This document shows, piece by piece, positions 19,056 to 29,285 of a stretch of 64,000 bases of DNA (within the stretch, counting starts at the first letter, position 1; every line of letters starts with the position of its first letter). The notes below the pieces were generated by a model. That model was given only the letters and a program-made list of their open reading frames with translations. It was not told the origin of the DNA and did not search any database. Source of the DNA: Myxococcales bacterium (GTDB lineage Bacteria > Myxococcota > Myxococcia > Myxococcales > Anaeromyxobacteraceae); contig JBBQEB010000002.1 of NCBI GenBank assembly GCA_038320275.1, forward strand, positions 19,473 through 83,472. The letters run 5' to 3'. A program made the translations under genes and the position numbers.

Positions 19056-20804
19056 TCAACCGCGCGAGAGTGACTGCGCGGCGGCGACCACCGCGATCAC
19101 CAGGATGACGAGCGCCTCGCCAGCGATGAAGCCGGACGCCACCGGCATGTTGTAGACCGCCTCGGTCTTCGGGCTGCGCTTCGCCCAGACGGCCTGGGCG
19201 ATGCCGCCCAGCACCATGGGCAGCACGGCATAGCCCGGGATGAGCATCCCCAGGCCGACCGCCGAGGGCGACGGCAGGAAGCGATGCCACCGCGGCTCCA
19301 GCACCGTGACGACGACGCCCACCACAAGGGCCAGCGCGAGGGCGGTGAGGCAGCCCTGCGGCAAGGTGGAGAAGCCCTTCGCCAGGAGCTCGGCGAAGCC
19401 GGCCCACTTCACGCTGATGGGCGAGCTGAGACCGCGTTCCCCGAAGCCATAGCGCTGGCGAAGGGCCGGGTAGACGATGGCGACCGCGCCCGCTCCCACC
19501 GGGATGCCGAGGAGCTGCATCAGCATGAGGCTGCGGTTGTTGGAGCCGATGATCTTTCCGGAGCGGTAGCACTGCATCAGGTGCTCGCCCTGGCCCGCCA
19601 CGGTGCCGCTCATGCCCGAGCCGATCATGTTGACCGGAAGGTGGCCGGGCTGGATGGCCGCGAAGACCGCTTGCATGAGGTTCGCGAGCGCGCTGATGGG
19701 CGCCCAGTTCGTCTCCCCGAGGACGCGGATGCCCACCAGCATGAGCGGGATCGAGAGCATGATCGACACGGCTGTGAGCCAGATCGGGAAGCCGAGCGAG
19801 ACCTTCTGCACCGCCGCCAGCGCAACCGCGGAGCCGGCCGCGCCCCAGGCCACCCAGCGCAGCGGGAACTCCTCGCCCGCCACGTCGCCGGCGGAGAGGT
19901 TCGCGAAGGTGCGGGCGATGACCCGCCACTTGAGCACGAGCGCGGTCAGCCCGCCCGACACCATCAGCCCAGTGGCGGGCCACATCACCCAGCGCAGCAC
20001 GTCGGCGAAGGCCTGCTTGCCCACCCAACCCTGCGACACCAGCAAGGGCGGCGCGATCACCCAGGCGAGCACCATGCCCAGGGCCATCGACAGCGTGACG
20101 CGCAGTCCGACGAGGAGCCCGGCGCCGAAGGAGAGCACGCTCACCTCCGAGCCCATGCGCAGCGCGGCGCCGTGGGCGCCCAGCGCCAGCTCGCCCGGGA
20201 TGAGCTTCCAGGGGCCCTCGCGGAAGAAGGCCACCAGCGCCGAGAGCCCCATGGAGCCGAACAGCGCCCGCAGGCGGACCGTGGCCGCCCGGGCGCCCTG
20301 GTAAAGCACCACCAGCGTCTCGCCCGCGGCGGTGCCATCGGCGAAGGTGAGGTTCTCCTCGTCGATGTAGTGCCGGCGCAGGGGGACGGCGAGGAACGCC
20401 CCCAGCAGCCCGGCGAAGGTGAACCAGAGGAAGATCTGCAGGCTGGAGAGGCGGACGTCGAAGCCGAGCCCGCGCTCGGCCAGCATGTCCATGGCGGCCA
20501 GGACCACGCACATGAAGCCAATCTCGCCGGCGGCGGTGCCGGCGGTCTGGGCCATGTTGGCCTCGTACACGGTGGCCTCGGTTCGGGTGACGAACGCGGT
20601 GGCCGCCAGCGCCATGAAGCCGAAGAACGCCGCCACCACCGAGATGTTGGGCCCGTAGCCGATCTTGAGGACGACGTAGGGGAAGGACGCCCCCATGATC
20701 GCCGAGACGAGGAGCGAGATTGCGACGGAGCGCGGCGTCAGCTCGCGGCGCGACACCGCCGGAGCCGGCATCGCGGCGAGCTTCTCGGAGGGGAGGGCGG
20801 CCAT
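19056..20804 (-). CDS. OPT/YSL family oligopeptide transporter
   Basis: RELTPRS, LKIG..PNIS, EANMAQT, LTFADGTA, GETNWAP, SGFIAGE; many TM helices. Confidence 0.9.
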   Translation of the reverse strand: MAALPSEKLAAMPAPAVSRRELTPRSVAISLLVSAIMGASFPYVVLKIGYGPNISVVAAFFGFMALAATAFVTRTEATVYEANMAQTAGTAAGEIGFMCVVLAAMDMLAERGLGFDVRLSSLQIFLWFTFAGLLGAFLAVPLRRHYIDEENLTFADGTAAGETLVVLYQGARAATVRLRALFGSMGLSALVAFFREGPWKLIPGELALGAHGAALRMGSEVSVLSFGAGLLVGLRVTLSMALGMVLAWVIAPPLLVSQGWVGKQAFADVLRWVMWPATGLMVSGGLTALVLKWRVIARTFANLSAGDVAGEEFPLRWVAWGAAGSAVALAAVQKVSLGFPIWLTAVSIMLSIPLMLVGIRVLGETNWAPISALANLMQAVFAAIQPGHLPVNMIGSGMSGTVAGQGEHLMQCYRSGKIIGSNNRSLMLMQLLGIPVGAGAVAIVYPALRQRYGFGERGLSSPISVKWAGFAELLAKGFSTLPQGCLTALALALVVGVVVTVLEPRWHRFLPSPSAVGLGMLIPGYAVLPMVLGGIAQAVWAKRSPKTEAVYNMPVASGFIAGEALVILVIAVVAAAQSLSRG

Positions 20805-20926
20805 GCGCGCACATTCAAGCCGGTTTCGGCCCATCCCGCCAGCGAGGGCCGACCGGAGGGGAACTGCGCCCTCCGGCGCGGGCTCGGGCGCCTCCGGATC
20901 GCGCTCTGCCGCTCAACGCGCAGCCG

Positions 20927-21913
20927 CTACAGCGCCAGCACCAGCTTGCCGAAGGTGTCGTTCCGCTCCAGCCGCTCGTGCGCCTCGCGGGCGCGGTCGA
21001 GCGGGTAGACGCCGTCGACGATGGGCTTCACGGCGCCGCTGGCGAGGAGCGGCAGGCCATCCCGGGCGAAGAGCTGGGTGGCGCGGATCTTGTCCTCCAG
21101 CGGCCGGGGCCGGAGCACCGTGCCGGCGATGGAGCCGCGATGGCGCATGAGGAGGGAGAGGTTCACCTCCGCCTTGGCGCCGCCCAGGGTGCCGATGACC
21201 ACCACCCGCCCGCCGGTCGCGAGGGAGGCCACGTTCTCCCCGGTGTACGGGCCACCCACGAAGTCGAGGACGAGCGGCACGCCCTCGCCGTGGGTGAGCC
21301 GCCGCACCTCGTCGGCGAACCGGGGCGTCTCCTTCGGGACGAGCAGCCCGTGGTCGAGCCCGAGCGCGCGGGCCCGGTCGAGCTTGTCGGCAGTGCGGCT
21401 CGTCCCGATGACCGTCGCGCCGGCGGCAGCCGCGAGCTGCAGGGCGACGGTCGCCACTCCCGAGCCGATGGCGTGGACGAGCACCGGCCAGCCCGGCCGC
21501 AGTCCGCCCAGCGTGAAGAGCGCGTCATGGGCCGTGATGAAGGCCTCCATGGCGGCGCCCGCCTCCTCGAACGAGAGCCGCTCGGGCACCCGCAGGAGCA
21601 TGCGCTCGTGCGCGAGAGCGAGCTCGGCCTGGGCCTCGCCGCTCGCGATGGCCATGACCCGGTCGCCGCGCTTCCAGCGCGTGACGCCCTCGCCCACCTC
21701 GGCCACCTCGCCCGCCAGCTCGAGCCCTGGCACGTCCTCGCGCGTGCCCGGGGGCGGAGGGTAGAGGCCGCGGCGCTGGAGGAGGTCGGCGCGGTTCAGC
21801 GCCGCCGCGCGCACCCGGACCAGGACCTCGCCGCGGCTCGGCCGCGGGTCCGGGAGCTCCGCGACGGAGATGACTTCCGGACCGCCCTTGCCGGTGAAGA
21901 CGAGCGCTCTCAC
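20927..21913 (-). CDS. NAD(P)H-quinone oxidoreductase (MDR, PIG3-like)
   Basis: NRADLLQRRGLYP, PGLE and GKLVL motifs; GAGGAGG RBS before GTG at 21913. Confidence 0.92.
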   Translation of the reverse strand: MRALVFTGKGGPEVISVAELPDPRPSRGEVLVRVRAAALNRADLLQRRGLYPPPPGTREDVPGLELAGEVAEVGEGVTRWKRGDRVMAIASGEAQAELALAHERMLLRVPERLSFEEAGAAMEAFITAHDALFTLGGLRPGWPVLVHAIGSGVATVALQLAAAAGATVIGTSRTADKLDRARALGLDHGLLVPKETPRFADEVRRLTHGEGVPLVLDFVGGPYTGENVASLATGGRVVVIGTLGGAKAEVNLSLLMRHRGSIAGTVLRPRPLEDKIRATQLFARDGLPLLASGAVKPIVDGVYPLDRAREAHERLERNDTFGKLVLAL

Positions 21914-22353
21914 GTGGACCTCCTCAGGACGCCAGGTGCTCCGAAGTGACCGGTGGCCGCGCCGAACGGCGCCTCGGCGAGGGTGCCCGCCGGGTCGCGC
22001 AGAAGCTCGGCTTGCCCCGGCGCGATGCGGGCAAGCTCGCAGGCGCCGCGCCGTAGCGGACCGGAGCGCTCGGCATCGACCGGGCAGGCGGGGGCCGCGA
22101 TCTCCGCGAGGCCGGGGACCGCGTCGCCCGGCTCGACCGCGACGGCGAGCGCGTAGCCGTTGTAGCCGCCCTCCCACCAGAAGGAGACGGTCGCGTCCCC
22201 GGTGGCAGCCGCCGTCAGCGCGTCGAGGAGCGCGGTGCGGAACGCCCGAAAAGGAGCGGTGTCGTGGCGAGGGTCGGCGCCGGCCGGGACGAGCGCGGCG
22301 TAGCGCGCGCGCAGCTCGTCGAGCGCGAACAGCACGATGCGCGCCGGGGGCAT
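21910..22353 (-). CDS. hypothetical protein
   Basis: 147 aa ORF with coding-like codon bias; stop overlaps the oxidoreductase start (GTGA). Confidence 0.7.
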   Translation of the reverse strand: MPPARIVLFALDELRARYAALVPAGADPRHDTAPFRAFRTALLDALTAAATGDATVSFWWEGGYNGYALAVAVEPGDAVPGLAEIAAPACPVDAERSGPLRRGACELARIAPGQAELLRDPAGTLAEAPFGAATGHFGAPGVLRRST

Positions 22354-22578
22354 GGCGCGTGACGTAAGCGGGGGGAGGGCGGGTTGCCAGGCCGGCGCGA
22401 AGCGGAAGGGGCGGGCGGCAAGCGGGCCGCCGTTTGCGCCTCGATCGTGCGCGCGTGGTTGACATCACGGTGGCGGGCGTCCGAAGGAGACGCGTCCGTC
22501 GCCTCCGCGTTCGCGGCGTCCGTGGCGCGCTCGCTCGACGCCCATTCGACTCGGCTGCCCTCGACGCCGCGCGCGGCG

Positions 22579-23181
22579 CTACTCCTCCCCGCAGCTCTCG
22601 AGAGCCTTTCCGTAGCTCGCCTTGGCGCTCTCCTTCTCCCTGGCGACCTGCGTGCGGATGTCTCCGCAGGCGGAGCGGGGCGCCTTGCGGGCCAGCACCT
22701 CGGCGGCCGTGGCGCGCAGGCGCGGATCGCTTGCCCTCTGCAGGATGGGGCGGAGCTCCTTGGCGGCGGCGCTCGCGGACAGGAAGTGCCCCGCCGCCCG
22801 CGCGGCGCTGGCGCGCACCGCGTACTCGTCCCCCTCGGCGCGCAGCCGGCCCAGGATGACCTTCTGCGCGCGCGCGCCGCCGATGGCGGAGAGCGCAGCC
22901 ACGGCCTTGGCCCTGCGGGATGGGAATGCGTCGGCGTCGTTCGCGATCGCCTCCAGCGGAGCCACCGCCGCGGGACCGAGGGCGCGCCAGCGCTCCGCGC
23001 CGATGGGCGTGTCGATGCTCCTGAGATAGGCGTCGACGCGCCCGTTCACCTCGACCTGCGACAGCGATGCGGCGGGGGCGGCCCCCTCCACGGCAGGAGT
23101 TGCCGCGGATGGCCGCGCGTTCCGGGCGGGGGCGCCGATTCCGAGGGTGAGCACGAGCAGCGTCGTCGCGGTGGAGATCAT
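22579..23181 (-). CDS. secreted HEAT/PBS-repeat-like alpha-helical protein
   Basis: Signal peptide; repeated RAxAxxAL helices. Confidence 0.7.
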   Translation of the reverse strand: MISTATTLLVLTLGIGAPARNARPSAATPAVEGAAPAASLSQVEVNGRVDAYLRSIDTPIGAERWRALGPAAVAPLEAIANDADAFPSRRAKAVAALSAIGGARAQKVILGRLRAEGDEYAVRASAARAAGHFLSASAAAKELRPILQRASDPRLRATAAEVLARKAPRSACGDIRTQVAREKESAKASYGKALESCGEE

Positions 23182-23188
23182 GGGCGCC

Positions 23189-24709
23189 TCACTGGACCAG
23201 CGGGTTGGAGCGCATTACGCGCTGCTGCTCGGAGCTGAGCTCGCCCGTGCCACCGGCCAGCCAGAACATGAGGTTGTTGCCGCCGCCGCAGAGGGTACTC
23301 GCGGTGCATTCGGCGGTGGACATCGGGTGCGAGGCCGCGGGGGCCGGCTTGGAGTCGGCGCACTGCGACCGCGCCGCGTTGGTGCAGGCTTGGCAGCTGC
23401 AACGCGCGGTGTCCGCGAGCGGATCGAAGCTGGTGCCGTCCGACTCGGTCACGTGATACAGGCCCAGGAAGTGCGCCGCTTCGTGGGCGGCGATGAACGC
23501 GACCTGGTCGGCGCCGCACCCATGGAAGTTGACGTTTCCGATGCAGCTACTCCCTCTGCTGAAGCGCAGGTCCTGGACCGAGACCGCAGCGCCGCTGGCG
23601 ACCGTGCCTCCGATGCTGGCTGGCCCCGGGATGGTCCCGTCCACGCCCACCACGGTCGAGTTCGGGGTGTTGGGGTCGGCCTTGGCGACGAGGTCGGTGA
23701 GGAAGATGTTCATACCGTTGCCCGGCGCGGCGTACTTGAGGAGCTGCGGCAGCGGAGCGCAGGCACCGCTCTGATCGACGTCGACGCTGCCGTACCTGGC
23801 GCGGACGTCGGCTGGGAGGTCGTGATAGCGCACGCTTCCCACGCTGATGCCAGCCTGGGCGAAGATGGACTTCAGCGACTGGGACATGCGGGCGAGGTCG
23901 GGATCGGTGGCTGCCGTGGCGGCGGTGAGCGGCGAGCCGGAGGACGGGTCTGCCACGAAGTAGAAGTCGAGCTCGAGGGTCCCGGTGGCCGGGATGCCTC
24001 CGTTCGCCTGAGGCTTCGTGAGCACCGTCACCTCGTAGCGGCTGGGCGCGATGACGGGGCAAATGGCGCCGGCGACCAGGTTGCCACTCGCGCACTCGTA
24101 GGCGTAGTCGGACACCTTTACCGACCAGGTCCCGGGCAGCACGCCTTCGCCGAGTCCCCGGCTGGTATTGGGGAAGGTGAGCGTTCCCGTGGCCGGGGAT
24201 TGGCTGGCAAAAAAGGAGCGCAACGTCTCCGGGTCGGGCGGAGTCTGCCCCGCCGGCAGCGGAGCGTCGCTCATCAACTCGCCCGCGGGATCGGTCACGG
24301 TGAGGGGTACGGCGGTGTTGATCAGGGAAACGGCGGACTGTCCGGGAATCCGGACGGTGATGGAGTCCGGAGCGCTCACCGCCTGCTCGACGATGGTGAC
24401 GCTGGCCGTCCCGGCGGGCACGTCGAAGGTCGGCTGGTCGCCCGCAGTGAAGGTGCCCAGGTGCAGGACCTGGCCCGCCGGCAGGGCGCTCGTGCCGACC
24501 GGCTTCAGGCTCATGTCGCAGGTGAGGACGGCCGTGCCCGCGTCGGTACCCCCGTCCGTGCCCGCCGCGCGCTGGCAGCCGCCGCTCACGCAGACGTAGC
24601 CCGTCGGGCAGCCGAGCGGGCAGGAGGTGCCGTCGGTCCCGGGGCTGGTGCTGGAACCACAGGCGGCCAGGAGGGCGGCCGGGAGGAGGGCGAGGAGGGC
24701 TGTGCGCAT
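23189..24709 (-). CDS. lipoprotein zinc metalloprotease (metzincin, M43-like)
   Basis: Lipobox LLAAC; HEAAHFLGLYH zinc motif; NLMF Met-turn; Cys-rich termini. Confidence 0.8.
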   Translation of the reverse strand: MRTALLALLPAALLAACGSSTSPGTDGTSCPLGCPTGYVCVSGGCQRAAGTDGGTDAGTAVLTCDMSLKPVGTSALPAGQVLHLGTFTAGDQPTFDVPAGTASVTIVEQAVSAPDSITVRIPGQSAVSLINTAVPLTVTDPAGELMSDAPLPAGQTPPDPETLRSFFASQSPATGTLTFPNTSRGLGEGVLPGTWSVKVSDYAYECASGNLVAGAICPVIAPSRYEVTVLTKPQANGGIPATGTLELDFYFVADPSSGSPLTAATAATDPDLARMSQSLKSIFAQAGISVGSVRYHDLPADVRARYGSVDVDQSGACAPLPQLLKYAAPGNGMNIFLTDLVAKADPNTPNSTVVGVDGTIPGPASIGGTVASGAAVSVQDLRFSRGSSCIGNVNFHGCGADQVAFIAAHEAAHFLGLYHVTESDGTSFDPLADTARCSCQACTNAARSQCADSKPAPAASHPMSTAECTASTLCGGGNNLMFWLAGGTGELSSEQQRVMRSNPLVQ

Positions 24710-25033
24710 GGAGTGGGTAGAGCTTTGCGAAGGGCTGACGCTCCCGCGCACGACAATAATCACTTCGCCTCGGAACGGGCCGGGCGGTTCGCACGAGAGG
24801 CCGGCCGCGAACGAGTTGCAGCAGTGAAGAGCCTGGTCCTCGAGCCTGAGAACCGGAGGGACCGGCTTGCCACGAGTCTCACCCTGGATTGGAAGGAACC
24901 GCCGCCCGGTAATGAGCGTGCCGCGCTCCAGCAGCCGCCGCCGCACGTCGCGGCGGTCCTCGTCGCCTGAATTTCCTCCTGATCTCACGCCGCAGGGCGT
25001 TGAGGATCGCCGGCACGTCGAGGCGGGTCGCCG

Positions 25034-26110
25034 TCAACGCGCGAGGGCGCGCACCTTCCCGATGATGGCGTCCGTCACCTCGGAGGAGCGCGCCGTGCCT
25101 CCGAGATCCGGCGTCAGCACGCGGCCGTCGGCGGTTACCGCCATGATCGCCTTCATCATGAGGTCCGCCGCCCGCTTCTCGCCGAGGAAGTCCATCATCA
25201 TCGCGCCGCACCAGACCATGGCGATGGGGTTGGCGATCCCCTTCCCGCAGATGTCGGGAGCCGAGCCGTGCACCGGCTCGAACATCGAGGGATAGGTGCG
25301 CTCGGGGTTGATGTTCCCGCTCGCAGCGAGGCCGAGGCTGCCGCAGATGGCGCCTCCCAGGTCGGTGAGGATGTCGCCGAAGAGGTTCGAGCCGACCACC
25401 ACGTCGAAGGACTCGGGCCGCAGCACGAAGCGCGCAGCGCAGGCGTCGATGAGCACGCGGTCCGTCTGGACGTCCGGGAAGTCCTTTCCGACCTCGACGA
25501 AGATCTCGTCCCAGAACGTGAGCGAGTGCTGCTGTGCGTTCGACTTCGTCGCGTTGACGAGCTTCTTGCGACGGCTCCGGGCGAGCGCATAGGCATACCG
25601 GATGACACGCTCGACCCCGACGCGCGTGAACACCGACGTCTCCAGCGCGAGCTCGATGGGGAGCCCGCGGTGCGCGCGCCCACCGGCGCCGGTGTACTCG
25701 CCCTCCGTGTTCTCGCGGACGACGACGAAGTCGATGTCGCCGGCCGCCTTGCCGCGCAGGGGGCTCTGGATCCCGGGGAGGAGCAGGCTGGGGCGGACGC
25801 AGGCGTACTGGTCGAACCCCTGTACGATGGGGAGCCGAAGGCCGCGGAGCGTGACGTGGTCGGGGACCTTGTCGGGAAATCCGACCGCGCCGAAGAAGAT
25901 GGCGTCGAACGGCTTCAGGACCTCGAGGCCGTCCTTCGCCATCATCACGCCGTGCTCCAGGTAGTACTCGCAGCCCCACGGGAATTCCTCGCGGTGGAGC
26001 TGGAACCCGCCGTCGACCTCCGCGACCACATCGAGGACGCGGACGCCCTCGGGCGTCACTTCCTGGCCAATGCCGTCGCCTGGGATGACCGCGATGTCGT
26101 AGGTCTTCAT
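25034..26110 (-). CDS. tartrate dehydrogenase / D-malate dehydrogenase (decarboxylating)
   Basis: IAVIPGDGIGQEV, GAVG.P..VPDH, RENTEGEY, ATKSN, SNLFGDILTDL, FEPVHGSAPDI. Confidence 0.9.
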   Translation of the reverse strand: MKTYDIAVIPGDGIGQEVTPEGVRVLDVVAEVDGGFQLHREEFPWGCEYYLEHGVMMAKDGLEVLKPFDAIFFGAVGFPDKVPDHVTLRGLRLPIVQGFDQYACVRPSLLLPGIQSPLRGKAAGDIDFVVVRENTEGEYTGAGGRAHRGLPIELALETSVFTRVGVERVIRYAYALARSRRKKLVNATKSNAQQHSLTFWDEIFVEVGKDFPDVQTDRVLIDACAARFVLRPESFDVVVGSNLFGDILTDLGGAICGSLGLAASGNINPERTYPSMFEPVHGSAPDICGKGIANPIAMVWCGAMMMDFLGEKRAADLMMKAIMAVTADGRVLTPDLGGTARSSEVTDAIIGKVRALAR

Positions 26111-26171
26111 GGCTGCACGCTCCGCTGCGGGGGAGGAGGGCCGGGGTCGCGCCGGGAGGGCTGCCGGATCG

Positions 26172-26648
26172 CTAGAGCAGGCTTCCGCGCGGCAGCGGGA
26201 CGCGCAGCAGCTGGCCAAAGACCAACATCAGCGCGGCCGTGATCGCGATGCCCACCAGGGCCGAGCGCAGGATGACCTTCGGATCCTTGCGCTCCCCCGC
26301 GAGGTACCACGCGATGGCGGTGAAGCCGACGATGCTGCTCAGGGCGAACCCGACGGGCCGGAGGAGCAGCGCCCACGCGAGCAGGATCACTGCGACGACC
26401 ACCATGGGCTTCCGGCGCGGAAGGTCCTCCGCGGCCTCGGGGGCGCCCTCGCGGACCCGGTCCTTCATCGCCGCGTGCGGGGTGAACGAGAGCACGAACG
26501 TCGCGAGGACGAGGAGCACGAGGAGGATCATGATGCTGTCGGGGAAGATCCCGCCGAACGAGGTGGAGTAGTCGCGCTGCACCGCGAGCGACGCGACGAA
26601 GACCAGCGCGAGGAGCGATCCGACGCGATCCTTGGTGCGGGCGTTCAT
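26172..26648 (-). CDS. tctB: tripartite tricarboxylate transporter small permease TctB
   Basis: Four TM helices, FP motif, LRVPLPRG C-terminus; position after tctA. Confidence 0.8.
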   Translation of the reverse strand: MNARTKDRVGSLLALVFVASLAVQRDYSTSFGGIFPDSIMILLVLLVLATFVLSFTPHAAMKDRVREGAPEAAEDLPRRKPMVVVAVILLAWALLLRPVGFALSSIVGFTAIAWYLAGERKDPKVILRSALVGIAITAALMLVFGQLLRVPLPRGSLL

Positions 26649-26664
26649 GATCGGGCCCTCCGGC

Positions 26665-28191
26665 TCATGGCTGCCGCGGCGCGAGGGCTGGCTTCTGGAA
26701 CTTGCGCCGGAGCGGCCCGAAGTACGGCCAGACGAACGACAGGAAGCTGAGCGCGATGAGGATCCAGGAGAGCGGGCTCACGAAGAGGGCGGTCCACGGC
26801 GACGAGTACTGCTGCCCGATGAGCAGCGCCTGCACGAGGCCGGTCTCCATGATGGGCCCGAGGATGAGGCCGAGCACGATGGGCGAGGCCTCGAAGCCGA
26901 GGTACTTCAGCCAGTACCCCACCACGCCGAACCCGAGCATCAGGATGACGTCCGTGATGTTGTTGCGGATGGCATACGACCCGATGATCGTCAGGATCGC
27001 GATCCCCGGCACGAGGTAGCGCTTCGGCAGCGTCGCGACGAAGCGCGTGAGGAGCCGGCCGCCGTAGATGCCGATCGGCACCATGACCAGGGCGGAGAGG
27101 CCGAGGCCCAGCATGAACGTGTAGGTCACGTCCGCGCGCTCCTTGAACATCTCGGGGCCGGGGTGGAGCCCCTGGAGCATCAGGACGCCGTAGATGATGG
27201 CATCGGGCGGCGCGCCGGGGACGCCCAGCGTCACGAGGGGGATCATCCCGCCGCCGACGACCGCGTTGTTGGCGGTCTCGGTCGCCACCACACCCTCGAG
27301 GTGGCCCGTCCCGAACTTCTCCGGCGTCTTCGACGCCCGGCGCGCCTCGTTGTAGGACACGAGGTTGGCGATGCTCCCGCCGGCCCCCGGCAGGATCCCG
27401 ATGATCGTGCCGATGATCGACGAGCGGAGGAGGTTCGCTCGCTGCGCCAGCACTTCCTTGGTGGTGTTCCAGAAGACGCCCTTGTCGCGCTTGTACTCCA
27501 GGCTCTCGGCACGCACGTGGGCGCGCGACGCGATGGTGAGCACCTCCGGGATGCAGAAGAGGCCGATCAGGATCACGATGAGGTCGACGCCTCCCTGCAT
27601 GGCGACCGATCCGTAGGTGAATCGCACGTCGCCGCCGACGGGCGCGATGCCGATGGTCGAGATCAGGACGCCGATGGCCGCGCCAGCGAGGCCCTTCAGC
27701 ATCGAGCCCTGCGCCAGGCTCGAGATGATGGTCAGGCCGAAGACGCCCACCCAGAAGTACTCGGCGGGCCCGAACCGCAGCGCCACCTCGGCGAGCAGCG
27801 GGGCGAGGAAGATGAGCGCGATCACGCCGAACACTCCGCCGATGGCGGAGCCGATCGTGGCGGCGACGATGGCCTGTTCGCCCCGCCCCGCGCGCGCCAT
27901 GGGGTAGCCGTCGAAGGTCGTGCCGATCGAGCTCGGCGTGCCGGGCGTGTTGATGAGGATCGCGCTGAACGCGCCCCCGTAGATGCACCCCATGTAGATG
28001 GCGCCCAGCAGCACGAGACCGTTCGTCGCCGTCATCGCGTACGTGAACGGCACGAGCAGCGCGACCGCCATCGTTGCGGTGAGTCCCGGGAGCGCGCCGG
28101 CGACCATCCCCACCGTCGTGCCGGCGATGACGAGCAGCAAGTTCTGCAGCGTCGCGAGGTGCTGAAGCCCCGTGAGAAGGTTCGACAGCAT
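26665..28191 (-). CDS. tctA: tripartite tricarboxylate transporter large permease TctA
   Basis: GALPGL, YGG..SAILINTPGTP, FDGYPMA, ETANNA, TLGVPG. Confidence 0.95.
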   Translation of the reverse strand: MLSNLLTGLQHLATLQNLLLVIAGTTVGMVAGALPGLTATMAVALLVPFTYAMTATNGLVLLGAIYMGCIYGGAFSAILINTPGTPSSIGTTFDGYPMARAGRGEQAIVAATIGSAIGGVFGVIALIFLAPLLAEVALRFGPAEYFWVGVFGLTIISSLAQGSMLKGLAGAAIGVLISTIGIAPVGGDVRFTYGSVAMQGGVDLIVILIGLFCIPEVLTIASRAHVRAESLEYKRDKGVFWNTTKEVLAQRANLLRSSIIGTIIGILPGAGGSIANLVSYNEARRASKTPEKFGTGHLEGVVATETANNAVVGGGMIPLVTLGVPGAPPDAIIYGVLMLQGLHPGPEMFKERADVTYTFMLGLGLSALVMVPIGIYGGRLLTRFVATLPKRYLVPGIAILTIIGSYAIRNNITDVILMLGFGVVGYWLKYLGFEASPIVLGLILGPIMETGLVQALLIGQQYSSPWTALFVSPLSWILIALSFLSFVWPYFGPLRRKFQKPALAPRQP

Positions 28192-28257
28192 GGGGGTCCT
28201 CCGCCGTGGAAGGAGAGCTGCCGCCGAGGAAGGCCGCCCTTCTCCTCGCGCGTCGAG

Positions 28258-29226
28258 CTACTTGGCCTTTGCCTGGCCGAGATCCTTCACCAGATCCTTG
28301 TAGAGGGGGATCCGAGAATTGACGAACGCGGTCGACTGCTCGGGGCCCATCTTCTCGATCTTGAACCCGTTCTCGTCCATCTTCTTCACCACCTCCGGGT
28401 CGTTCATCACGTCCTCGAAGATCGCGGCCGCCTTCTTGACCACGTCGTCGGGCGTCCCGGGCGGAGCAGCGACGCCGCGGTAGGCACCCTCGACGAGGTC
28501 GTAGCCCAGCTCCTTGAACGTCGGAACGTCGGGGAGGACCTTCATGCGCTCGTCCGTCATGATGGCGAGCGCGCGGAACTTGCCTTTGTGCTCGATCGCC
28601 ATCGTCGAGTAGGACATCAGGCCGCTGACGTGGCCGCCCATCAGCGCCGGCGCAGCCGAGCCAGACCCGGTGAACGGGACGTAGGTCGTCCTGATGCCCG
28701 CGGCCTTGTTCAGCATGATCGTACCGAGCTCGTTCGCAGAGGCGCTCCCGCTGCCGCCGAGCGTCAGCCCGCTCGGCTTCCCCTTCGCCGCGGCGATGAA
28801 GTCCTTCAGCGTCTTGTACGGGCTGTCGTTGCGCACGAGGAGGATGTTGGGCGTGCTCTCGAAGATGTAGACGTTCTCGAGGTCCGACGTCTGGTAGCCG
28901 GCGTTCCCGCGCTGCAGCGGCTGCAGCACGATGTGCGGCAGGTTGTGGCCCGCGAGCGTGTAGCCGTCGGGCTTCGTGCTGTGCACGAGGTCCGACCATC
29001 CGACGGATCCGCCGCCGCCGATCTTGTAGCTGACGACGACGCCCTGCTTGTAGTGGCGCTTGAGCGCCTGCTCCTGGATCCGCGCGGTGATGTCCGACTC
29101 GCCGCCCGGGTTGAAGCAGATGACGTAGTTGAGGGGCTCGCTCGGGTACTCCGCGGCGTGAGCGGGCGCGATGCCCGCCGCCGCTCCAGCACCCAGGACG
29201 ATCGCTGCGACAAGGCTCCGGTTCAT
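28258..29226 (-). CDS. tctC: tripartite tricarboxylate transporter substrate-binding protein TctC (Bug family)
   Basis: Signal peptide, YP..P...F.PGG.SD, PDGYTL, LPDVPTFKELG. Confidence 0.93.
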   Translation of the reverse strand: MNRSLVAAIVLGAGAAAGIAPAHAAEYPSEPLNYVICFNPGGESDITARIQEQALKRHYKQGVVVSYKIGGGGSVGWSDLVHSTKPDGYTLAGHNLPHIVLQPLQRGNAGYQTSDLENVYIFESTPNILLVRNDSPYKTLKDFIAAAKGKPSGLTLGGSGSASANELGTIMLNKAAGIRTTYVPFTGSGSAAPALMGGHVSGLMSYSTMAIEHKGKFRALAIMTDERMKVLPDVPTFKELGYDLVEGAYRGVAAPPGTPDDVVKKAAAIFEDVMNDPEVVKKMDENGFKIEKMGPEQSTAFVNSRIPLYKDLVKDLGQAKAK

Positions 29227-29256
29227 GGGCGTCGCCTCCGAATCCGCTAGGCCAGC

Positions 29257-29285
29257 GTGATCAGTTTGCCAGGCGGACAGATCAC
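29257..29285. promoter_or_regulatory. imperfect 29-bp palindrome upstream of tctC (candidate operator)
   Basis: GTGATCAGTTTGCC-A-GGCGGACAGATCAC, 11 of 14 positions symmetric. Confidence 0.4.

Noticed and set aside
24710..24988. N-terminal extension of the metalloprotease ORF to 24988
   Set aside because: The lipoprotein signal begins at ATG 24709; the upstream part is probably non-coding or an unidentifiable remnant
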